From assembly GCA_021787475.1 (NCBI GenBank), contig JAJYLW010000012.1, forward strand, positions 3,074 to 67,073: a stretch of DNA of 64,000 nucleotides, in the 5' to 3' direction. Positions within the stretch are counted from its first letter, which is position 1, and the number at the start of each line of letters is the position of its first letter. Below are positions 57,126 to 64,000 of this stretch, in pieces. Source of the DNA: Actinomycetes bacterium. GTDB lineage: Bacteria > Actinomycetota > Thermoleophilia > BMS3ABIN01. Under the pieces are notes generated by a model that saw only the letters and a program-made list of their open reading frames with translations, ran no database searches and was not told the DNA's origin. The translations under genes were made by a program, and so were the position numbers.

Positions 57126-58088
57126 TCATGTTGACTTTTTCACGCGTTTGTCATAACGACGCCGATAGTCAATCCAGATGTCAAACAGTCCCAGCCAGCT
57201 TGGCAGCGACAACACCAATTGCAGCACCACCAGGCAAATGTATACAATTGCCTGCTTTGCCCGGGAGACTTTCAGCCTGGCCAGGAAAAAAATGGTAATT
57301 GCCAGCGCTTGCACAAAAAAGAGCGCCTCGGAAATGATCAAAAAGTTAAGCCCTGTCAAGCGAAGGGGAGTGGCAATGGACCCTGCCAGATAAGGCGAGG
57401 CAAGGTAACAAACCAGACCGGCAATCATCACGTAAGCAAGCGAAAAATGTAGCCGCAAGTCCCGGAAACAGAAGTCACCCGGAAAAGGCTGCTTCAGGCG
57501 GACAAAGACGCGCCTGGCGGCGAACATTGACATTGCCGAGAAGGCCAGGGAGGCAAGCAGCAGCAGCGACGGCAGTAAATAAGGAAGCTGATTAAAAAAG
57601 GCGCGGAGCTGAACAATGCTGTCCCCGGCTGTCAGCAGCGACGGCACCTTGCTGCTGATTTTAAGAGCCTGATCGGTGGCGCTGCGCACCGCCTCTACCG
57701 GACCCATCCTGGTCGCGGCCAGGACGGCGGCGCCCCAGATCAGCTGCGCTGCCAGGAAAAGGGCGGTCTCCAGCAATAAAAGCATCGACTGGGGGATTCC
57801 GCGCCTAAGCGCGACGCCGGCGCCAATGCCGACAATTGCCGCCAGCAGAAAAGCGATCAGTGCGCCTGCCGGCGGGCCGAGAAGGAAACAGATCGCTCCT
57901 GCAGCAAGCGCAGCCAAAAAAGCTGTCGCCGGCCCGCGTTTCACGGCAAGCCAGGTTACCGGAACTGGAATCAGCGGCGCCGCCAGAATCGCAAGCAGCG
58001 GCATGAAAACCAGCGACAGGCCCAAAGCAGCCGACAGAACCGCTGCCCTGCCCCAATCAGCGAACGCCTTCTCGGAAAAGCCGGTCAA
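57126..58088 (-). CDS. YybS/DUF2232 membrane protein
   Basis: Hydrophobic, C-terminal LGLFDIWIDYR, located between rpsR and rplI. Confidence 0.82.
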   Translation of the reverse strand: MTGFSEKAFADWGRAAVLSAALGLSLVFMPLLAILAAPLIPVPVTWLAVKRGPATAFLAALAAGAICFLLGPPAGALIAFLLAAIVGIGAGVALRRGIPQSMLLLLETALFLAAQLIWGAAVLAATRMGPVEAVRSATDQALKISSKVPSLLTAGDSIVQLRAFFNQLPYLLPSLLLLASLAFSAMSMFAARRVFVRLKQPFPGDFCFRDLRLHFSLAYVMIAGLVCYLASPYLAGSIATPLRLTGLNFLIISEALFFVQALAITIFFLARLKVSRAKQAIVYICLVVLQLVLSLPSWLGLFDIWIDYRRRYDKRVKKST

Positions 58089-58107
58089 GAAAGCTCCTTA
58101 TAATTGC

Positions 58108-58389
58108 CTAGCGCGCCACGTAAGGCAGCAGCGCCATTTCACGGGCGCGCTTGATCGCGATCGCAAGCTGGCGCTGGTGGCGCCGGCAGGTGCCGGTCAC
58201 ACGGCGGGCGCGGATCTTGCCGCGGTCGGAAACAAACCGCTTCAACTGATTGTAGTTTTTATAATCGATCTGATCGATTTTTTCCTTGCAGAAGTAACAA
58301 TACCTGCGCCGCTGCGAACCCTGCCCGCCGCTGCGCCAGGACGGCCGCTTGCTGTTTTTACGAGGCCCTCCTCTTGATGATGCCGGCAT
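58108..58389 (-). CDS. rpsR: 30S ribosomal protein S18 (Zn-binding C+ type)
   Basis: CYFC, IDYKN, RGKI..RRVTG.C..HQR, AIKRAR. Confidence 0.97.
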   Translation of the reverse strand: MPASSRGGPRKNSKRPSWRSGGQGSQRRRYCYFCKEKIDQIDYKNYNQLKRFVSDRGKIRARRVTGTCRRHQRQLAIAIKRAREMALLPYVAR

Positions 58390-58545
58390 AAGAGATTTCC
58401 TTTCCTGATTTCATTTTCAAACTACTGCCAACAATCTGGTTGGCATCAATTCTGAATATAGCTGCCTATGGTTTTAATGCGTCAACCGAACAGTCAAAGT
58501 TATCCGTCACCTCAGTTTCCGGTTTCCCGTTCCCGGTTACGACAA

Positions 58546-58573
58546 ATTATGGATAACATTTACCATTTGTCAA
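58546..58573 (-). promoter_or_regulatory. Internal sigma-70-type promoter before rpsR with an overlapping DnaA-box-like site
   Basis: TTGACA-N16-CATAAT; TTATCCATA overlaps the spacer and -10. Confidence 0.5.
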
Positions 58574-58607
58574 ATAACACTGATTTTGATTATGATTCTT
58601 GGGTTTT

Positions 58608-58640
58608 GGTTTATCCAAAATCCAGCGTCCAGGATCCGGT
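58608..58640 (-). repeat. 7-bp-period array abutting the ssb stop codon
   Basis: ggttt atccaaa atccagc gtccagg atccggt. Confidence 0.7.
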
Positions 58641-59090
58641 TTAGAAGGGTATATCATCATCGTCCCCGGCGGCGGCCGCCGGCGAATCGAAGTCCGACGT
58701 GTCAGGATTGAGCCCCGATGGTGCGCCGGTGGCAACCGGCGCTCCGGTCGCGGCGGCGTCGCGGGTGCCAAGGAACTGGACCGAGTTGGCGATCACTTCA
58801 ACCTTTGAGCGCTTGCTGCCATCCTGCGCTTCCCAGGAACGGTAGCTGAGCCGGCCGTCCACTGCAACCGGCCGCCCCTTGCTCAGGTAGCGGCTGCAAT
58901 TCTCCGCCTGGGCGCCCCAGGTGACAATATCAAAAAAGTTGGGCTTCTCCACCCATTCGCCGGCATCATTCTTGTACCGGTCATTGACCGCGAGGCCCAG
59001 CGTGCAGACGGACTTCCCGTTCGGGGTTTGCCTGAGCTCCGGGTCGCGGGTCAGGTTCCCGACTAAGACTACCCTGTTTATACTGGCCAT
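58641..59090 (-). CDS. ssb: Single-stranded DNA-binding protein
   Basis: NRVVLVGNLTRDPELR, C-terminal DDDIPF. Confidence 0.98.
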   Translation of the reverse strand: MASINRVVLVGNLTRDPELRQTPNGKSVCTLGLAVNDRYKNDAGEWVEKPNFFDIVTWGAQAENCSRYLSKGRPVAVDGRLSYRSWEAQDGSKRSKVEVIANSVQFLGTRDAAATGAPVATGAPSGLNPDTSDFDSPAAAAGDDDDIPF

Positions 59091-59102
59091 TTTCGGCCTC
59101 CT

Positions 59103-59408
59103 TTAGCTCTCACTGGCAACTTTTTCATTGAGGCTGACCGGCATGAACCGGATGACCTCATCGGTTATTTTAAGGACACGTGCGATCTCATCGAGCGTTT
59201 CCGGCGGCGCGGTGAGAGTGATGACGAAGTAGTGGGCGTCGCGGGTGTGGTTGATCTCGTAAGATAGGCGCTTCTTGCCCCATTCGTCGACATTGCTGAC
59301 TGAGCCCTTGCCCGTCTCCGCCGCCTGCTTAATGCGCTCAATAATTTCGGCGCGGCGCTCCGGCTCGCTGTCCGGGCTCAGCAGCAACATGATTTCGTAG
59401 CTATTCGT
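59103..59408 (-). CDS. rpsF: 30S ribosomal protein S6 (probable ACG start)
   Basis: YEIM.LL.P, WGKKRLSYEI, LKITDEVIRF; GGAGG 8 nt before ACG. Confidence 0.93.
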   Translation of the reverse strand, partial: TNSYEIMLLLSPDSEPERRAEIIERIKQAAETGKGSVSNVDEWGKKRLSYEINHTRDAHYFVITLTAPPETLDEIARVLKITDEVIRFMPVSLNEKVASES

Positions 59409-59413
59409 GGCAA

Positions 59414-59467
59414 TCACCTCCTTCGGTCTTAAGCGGCCCCGTGCCCGAGGCACGGAGCAGGAGTGAG
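59414..59467 (-). ncRNA. S6:S18 ribosomal protein leader
   Basis: CTCCT...hairpin GCTCCGTGCC/GGCACGGGGC...CGCTTAAGACCGAAGGAGG with anti-SD pairing and CCG motif upstream of rpsF. Confidence 0.75.
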
Positions 59468-59700
59468 AGATATCTATTAAAATGTGGGGCCGCGGACGGC
59501 GCCGTGGGAACGCCTATTCCACATTTTTATGACAGAGGCCAGTATAGCAAAACCAGCAGACGGAATAAATTGGCGGGGTAAGGAATGATAAAAATGCTTC
59601 GACGGGTATTATTATATACTAGCGGCGCCGCGGGTTTTCAGCGTCCCGTTTCAGGCTGACCAGGCGGCTCAGCAAGAAGAAGCAACGAAAGACGGCCGAC

Positions 59701-60513
59701 ATGCCTGCAGATTTCATCACATTTTTAAGCGACTTCGGTTACGCCGACGATTTTGTCGGCACCTGCCACGGAGTTATCAAGACAATTGCTCCGGGTGTGG
59801 AAATAATCGACATTACGCATGGCGTTCGCCGCCATGACGTTCAAGGCGGCGCGCTCATCCTGGCAAACACGCTGCCCTACATGCCCGAGAGCGTCATCCT
59901 GGCAGTGGTTGATCCCGGAGTTGGCTCCGGCCGCCGGCCGCTGGCGATTCGCACCGCCGCCGGCCGCTACCTGGTGGGCCCGGACAACGGACTGCTGTCA
60001 CTGGCTGCGAAAAAACTGGGCGGGGCCGCAGAAGCTGTCGAGCTTGCCTGTTCATCATACAGCCTGCCGGAGGTTTGCAAAACGTTTGAGGGACGGGACC
60101 TGTTCGCGCCGGTGGCTGCCCACATTTCCCTGGGAGTGGGGCTGGGGTCCCTGGGGGCGCCTGTGGCGCCGGAAAGCCTCCAGCTAATCGAGCTGCCCGC
60201 TCCTGCCGTGGGAAAAGGCGCGGTTAGGGCCACAGTCATTTACATCGACCGGTTTGGCAATGTGCAGCTGAACCTGAAACGCAGTCAACTGGAGGAGGCA
60301 GGCGCAAAGGCAGGCTCAGAGGTGCTGGCCAGCCATGACCAGGAAAGCTGGCTTGTTCCTTTCGTCTCCACGTATGCTGACGTGGAGCCGGAGAATCTGC
60401 TCATCTTTGAGGATTCATACCGCAATATTTCTTTTTCGGTCAACCAGGGCAGCGCCGCCCGCATCTTCCAGATCCAGGTTGGCGATGAGATGAAGTTTTC
60501 TGTGCCGGCCTGA
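59701..60513 (+). CDS. SAM hydrolase / SAM-dependent halogenase family (DUF62)
   Basis: FLSDFG, DITH, VVDPGVG, GPDNGLL, TFEGRDLFAP, IDRFGN. Confidence 0.9.
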   Translation: MPADFITFLSDFGYADDFVGTCHGVIKTIAPGVEIIDITHGVRRHDVQGGALILANTLPYMPESVILAVVDPGVGSGRRPLAIRTAAGRYLVGPDNGLLSLAAKKLGGAAEAVELACSSYSLPEVCKTFEGRDLFAPVAAHISLGVGLGSLGAPVAPESLQLIELPAPAVGKGAVRATVIYIDRFGNVQLNLKRSQLEEAGAKAGSEVLASHDQESWLVPFVSTYADVEPENLLIFEDSYRNISFSVNQGSAARIFQIQVGDEMKFSVPA

Positions 60514-60520
60514 TTCTGTT

Positions 60521-60778
60521 TTGGCGGATCAGCAAGACACCAATCAGGCCGCCGATCAGAATGCCGGCGTAATTTTTCTTTTTGACACCACCCATGCCGC
60601 GATGGAGGCGGAAGAAACTGTCATTGACGCCGGCTTCTGGTGCGACGTGGTGCCGCGGCCGCCGCAGGCCGCAGCCACACTCTGCGGTCTGGCTATCGAG
60701 GCGCGCCTGGCAGACATGGAGGAAATCTCCCGGCTGCTCGAGAAGGCCGGGATTGCCTTCGAGACATTCAAACCCTAA
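60521..60778 (+). CDS. DUF3343 (putative Se/S-carrier-like) protein
   Basis: FDTTHAAMEAE, VVPRP....CGLAI. Confidence 0.75.
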   Translation: MADQQDTNQAADQNAGVIFLFDTTHAAMEAEETVIDAGFWCDVVPRPPQAAATLCGLAIEARLADMEEISRLLEKAGIAFETFKP

Positions 60779-60849
60779 GAACGTTTCGTGTTTCATCCAT
60801 TCTGATGACGGCTTAGCTGAGCCCAGAGTCACTCGAATGACCAGTTAAA

Positions 60850-61431
60850 ATGAGCGCCAACTCCGGAAAAAATGAAGCATCCCGGCATCTTCCGAGCGGG
60901 GCTGCACCGGTGGGCGGGCAGAACAACCTTGACGTCCGCCTGTTCATTGCTCTGCGCACCAGGGGCCACTGGCGGCCTTTGCAGGCTGCCCTGATTGTAC
61001 TCACGCAACTGGGCAACTGGGGGCTTTTCTGGATCATGCTGGCCGTTGGCTTCTGGCTGGCGGGAGCGGGGGACAGGGGAGTGGTGGTGGCCATGACTAC
61101 GGCATCAGTTTACCTGACATTGTTCCTTAATTTCGCCATCAAGCTGGTGCTGCGGCGCCGGCGGCCAGCCAGCTCCGATCCTGACCTGAGGCCGCTGGTG
61201 CGGCCTCCTGCCAGCATGTCTTTTCCATCATCACACGCCGCCATGTCATTCGCGGCGGCAGGGGTTTTCACGTCTTTCTTTCCGTTCCTGTTTCCGCTTT
61301 TCTACGGCCTGGCCCTGTTAATGTCATTGACAAGAGTCTACGTTGGCGTCCATTACCCTTCCGATATCCTGGGCGGAGCGATTGTTGGCCTGGCGGCCGG
61401 AGGGGCGGCGATGTTGATATTGAACTTGTAG
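60850..61431 (+). CDS. PAP2-family phosphatase
   Basis: K..LRRRRP, SFPSSH, TRVYVGVHYPSD. Confidence 0.9.
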   Translation: MSANSGKNEASRHLPSGAAPVGGQNNLDVRLFIALRTRGHWRPLQAALIVLTQLGNWGLFWIMLAVGFWLAGAGDRGVVVAMTTASVYLTLFLNFAIKLVLRRRRPASSDPDLRPLVRPPASMSFPSSHAAMSFAAAGVFTSFFPFLFPLFYGLALLMSLTRVYVGVHYPSDILGGAIVGLAAGGAAMLILNL

Positions 61432-61487
61432 GGGCGGCCCGCGGGCTCCTCCGGGAAGGAATTTGGCTTTCTCGCACCGCCCGGCTT

Positions 61488-62525
61488 TCAGGCGCTGATC
61501 TTCAGAACCTTGGCGCCGCGGATTTGGCCGGTCTTGAGTTCGTACAGGACCTGACTCGCCTCCTCGAGCTGAAACACCTCGACCTCCGGCCGGAAACCGG
61601 CTTCCACCGCCAGTTCCAGCATCTCGCGCACATCCCTTCTGGCAACGTTGGCGACGCTTTTTATCTCCTTTTCCATCCACAGGTGCGTGGGATAGTCGAT
61701 GCGCAGCAGGCTGTCCTTGTCCGCATCTTCCTTGCGGATGGCGTTGATCACCAGTCTTCCCCCTGGCCCAAGGTCATTCAGGGACTCGACGACAGGTTTC
61801 CAGACCGGTGTGGTGTCGACGACGGCATCGAGCTTTCGCGGCGGGTCGGCGGCGGTGTCTCCGGCCCAGACAGCGCCAAGCTCCCGGGCGAACTCCTGCT
61901 CCTCCTGGCTCCGGGCGAAGACAAAAACCTCGGTTTGCGGCTGAATGTGGCTGAGCAGCTTCAGCATCAGATGGCCGGAGGCGCCGAAGCCCGTCAGGCC
62001 GAGCCGGCCGCCGTCGGCGACGCCGGAGAGACGCAAGGAGCGCCAACCGATGGCGCCGGCGCACAGCAGAGGCGCCGCTTCGGCGTCCGATAGGGCGGAG
62101 GGAATGGGATAAGCGAAATCCTCCAGAACGGTCATCAGTTCGGCGTAGCCGCCATTGACATCCCGTCCGGTCGCTACAAAATCCGGGCACAGGTTCTCGT
62201 TGCCGCCGGCGCAGTGCCCGCAGCTGCCTTTCCCGCAGGCCGAATAAATCCAGGCGACGCCCACCCGGTCGCCGGAACTGAAACGGCCGGAGCCGGGACC
62301 GTGGCCGACCACGCGGCCCACCACCTGGTGGCCCGGCACCACGGGCAGTCGAGGCGGGGGCATCCTTCCCTCGATCTCGTCGAGCTCAGTGTGGCAGACG
62401 CCGCAGACGGACACCCTGATGAGGATCTCTCCCTTTCCGGGGACGGGGTCGGGGAGTTCGACCGGCTTCAGGGGGGACCGGTCCTCGGCGAAGCTGACGA
62501 TCCTGTCGATGACCATTGCGCGCAT
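61488..62525 (-). CDS. Zinc-dependent alcohol dehydrogenase family
   Basis: CGVCHTELD, PGHQVVG, structural Cys cluster, PLLCAG, GFGASG. Confidence 0.92.
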   Translation of the reverse strand: MRAMVIDRIVSFAEDRSPLKPVELPDPVPGKGEILIRVSVCGVCHTELDEIEGRMPPPRLPVVPGHQVVGRVVGHGPGSGRFSSGDRVGVAWIYSACGKGSCGHCAGGNENLCPDFVATGRDVNGGYAELMTVLEDFAYPIPSALSDAEAAPLLCAGAIGWRSLRLSGVADGGRLGLTGFGASGHLMLKLLSHIQPQTEVFVFARSQEEQEFARELGAVWAGDTAADPPRKLDAVVDTTPVWKPVVESLNDLGPGGRLVINAIRKEDADKDSLLRIDYPTHLWMEKEIKSVANVARRDVREMLELAVEAGFRPEVEVFQLEEASQVLYELKTGQIRGAKVLKISA

Positions 62526-62771
62526 GGCGGCATTGCTTTCGTCGTGATTATGCTTTTATCATGCCCAGGTCTTGCCCGCAGCGCCTCTTATGATAAACCA
62601 TCATTGGGGCGGGTCGCCGCCGTGCCCCTTTTTCCGAAAAAACAGCCCTGTAGTGGTCCACCGGCTGGAAGGAGGCTAATGCCGAAATCTTCTTTATGCC
62701 CTTTTCAAGTTGGTCTAAAATGAGAAGTTCAAATTGCGAACGATGGCGCCCTTTCCCCGGAGGTTTCATGC

Positions 62772-63176
62772 ATGACTGAGATAAGACTTTCAACCAAAAA
62801 GCGGACGGAGCTGATCGACATCACGGCAAAGGTGGGCGACGCGGTTGCGGCAGCCGGCATCGTTTCGGGCCTGTGCGTTGTTTACGTGCCGCATACGACT
62901 GCCGGCGTCATCATCAACGAAGGAGCTGACCCGGCTGTCAGGATTGATATTGCCGCATATTTTGACAGGCTTGTCCCCTGGGACAACGATTACCGCCACA
63001 TCGAAGGCAATGCAGCGGCGCATATCAAGGCGGCGCTCGCCGGGTGCTCCGTTTCAACCCTGGTCGAAAAGGGACGGCTCATGCTGGGGACATGGCAGTC
63101 GGTTTATTTCTGCGAGTTCGACGGCCCCCGCTCACGCAAGGCAACAGTCCGGATAATCCCGGCGCCAGGCCCGTAA
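62772..63176 (+). CDS. yjbQ: YjbQ/UPF0047 secondary thiamine-phosphate synthase family
   Basis: HTTAG..INE.AD, H.EGNAAAH, LGTWQ...EFDGPR. Confidence 0.93.
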   Translation: MTEIRLSTKKRTELIDITAKVGDAVAAAGIVSGLCVVYVPHTTAGVIINEGADPAVRIDIAAYFDRLVPWDNDYRHIEGNAAAHIKAALAGCSVSTLVEKGRLMLGTWQSVYFCEFDGPRSRKATVRIIPAPGP

Positions 63177-63200
63177 CTTTTAAGCTTTGGGTTTGGGATT

Positions 63201-63241
63201 GGTTTTATCCGACATCCGGCATCCAGGATCCAGTATCTGGT
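63201..63241 (-). repeat. 7-bp-period array after the lipoprotein stop codon
   Basis: ggtttt atccgac atccggc atccagg atccagt atctggt. Confidence 0.78.
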
Positions 63242-63244
63242 TAA

Positions 63245-63880
63245 TTAGTATCCGGAACTGAAGCCGCCGGAAGTACCGGCGCCGGATGTCGTGGTGTTTG
63301 TGTTTGTGCCGGCGCCACCTGCCGGCGACGTCATCACCCAGGCGAAGACCGCGCTCGTAACCGGGTGATCCAGCTCTCCCGCTTTTGCCTGCAGGCCCGC
63401 GGGATTGGGCGTGACGGTCCCATTGGCGCTGATATTGTAGTACATGCTCTGGGCGGTCAGGGCCGGGTCTCTGGCCATCATCGTGACAGGCCTGTCAAAA
63501 GATCCGATTAGCTGGCCGGTGCTCTCATTTGTCACCTTTAATGCAAACGCCAGCACTGGCTTCATGCCCGCCGGCACCTTGCCGGTGCAAATGCCCGGAT
63601 TCTGGCTGAGGACCTCGAACTTGACCGGGACGGTGAAAGCTCCCACCGGCACCTGAAAAGTATATGGGCCGGCCGTGACCGTACTTGCCTGGCCCGGAGA
63701 CAAATCCATGCTGCCCACCAGGGTGGAAAAGCCCATCATCGACCAGTCAGGCGTTTTTGCCGTGGTGGTGGCCGGCGTTGTCGGCGCCACGGTTGTGGTG
63801 GCTCCGCCGCCACAGGCAGAAATCAACAAAACGATAAGAACAAGGAAAAACACCAATGTCGATGCACGGATGTTTCGCAT
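63245..63880 (-). CDS. Putative lipoprotein of unknown function
   Basis: Signal peptide with ISAC lipobox, Thr/Pro linker, beta-rich domain, Gly/Ser/Thr tail. Confidence 0.75.
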   Translation of the reverse strand: MRNIRASTLVFFLVLIVLLISACGGGATTTVAPTTPATTTAKTPDWSMMGFSTLVGSMDLSPGQASTVTAGPYTFQVPVGAFTVPVKFEVLSQNPGICTGKVPAGMKPVLAFALKVTNESTGQLIGSFDRPVTMMARDPALTAQSMYYNISANGTVTPNPAGLQAKAGELDHPVTSAVFAWVMTSPAGGAGTNTNTTTSGAGTSGGFSSGY

Positions 63881-64000
63881 CTCTCCCCCTTTTTTGGCAT
63901 GTTCTCTTTTTCTAGTACTACCTCCTTGCTGATTTTGTAAACTTTGTCTTGGCGGCCCGATTTACGCCGTATGCCCAAGAGCCTCCCGGCAGGATACACC

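Noticed and set aside
60779-60849. Fluoride riboswitch near the DUF62 halogenase-like gene (CTGATGAC)
   Set aside because: The 5' GGCGATGG element and pseudoknot partner are missing
1-64000. CRISPR array or cas genes
   Set aside because: No 25-45 bp repeats with regular unique spacers; the HNH and HD genes are stand-alone housekeeping-type families

Overview
GC-rich bacterial chromosome segment, probably a basal Actinomycetota such as Thermoleophilia (inferred from gene content and order). The first ~1.6 kb is the end of an integrated phage-satellite/ICE-like element: a partial DUF3631 gene, iteron-like repeats, arm-type repeats and a tRNA-Gly-like 3' fragment. The rest is mostly housekeeping and envelope genes: copA, a NodIJ-like ABC exporter, cooT-cbiMQO, an aminotransferase/ddl pair, tRNA-Arg(CCT), ugd, rarA, jag-yidC-yidD-rnpA-rpmH, radC, htpX/lemA, treT/otsA, htrA with a two-component system, gmd/rmd, pabB/pabC-like genes and dnaB-rplI-yybS-rpsR-ssb-rpsF. 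The most notable unexplained signal is about 15 intergenic 7-bp-period arrays whose orientation follows start and stop codons. Other highlights: apparent ACG initiation of rpsF and rnpA, DnaA boxes next to rpmH with no dnaA, a one-base frameshift in rarA, a mini-FlgM and CheY-like gene with sigma-28-like promoters, a shortened 6S-like hairpin, and MITE/REP-like repeats. All calls come from reading the sequence by eye; no searches were run.
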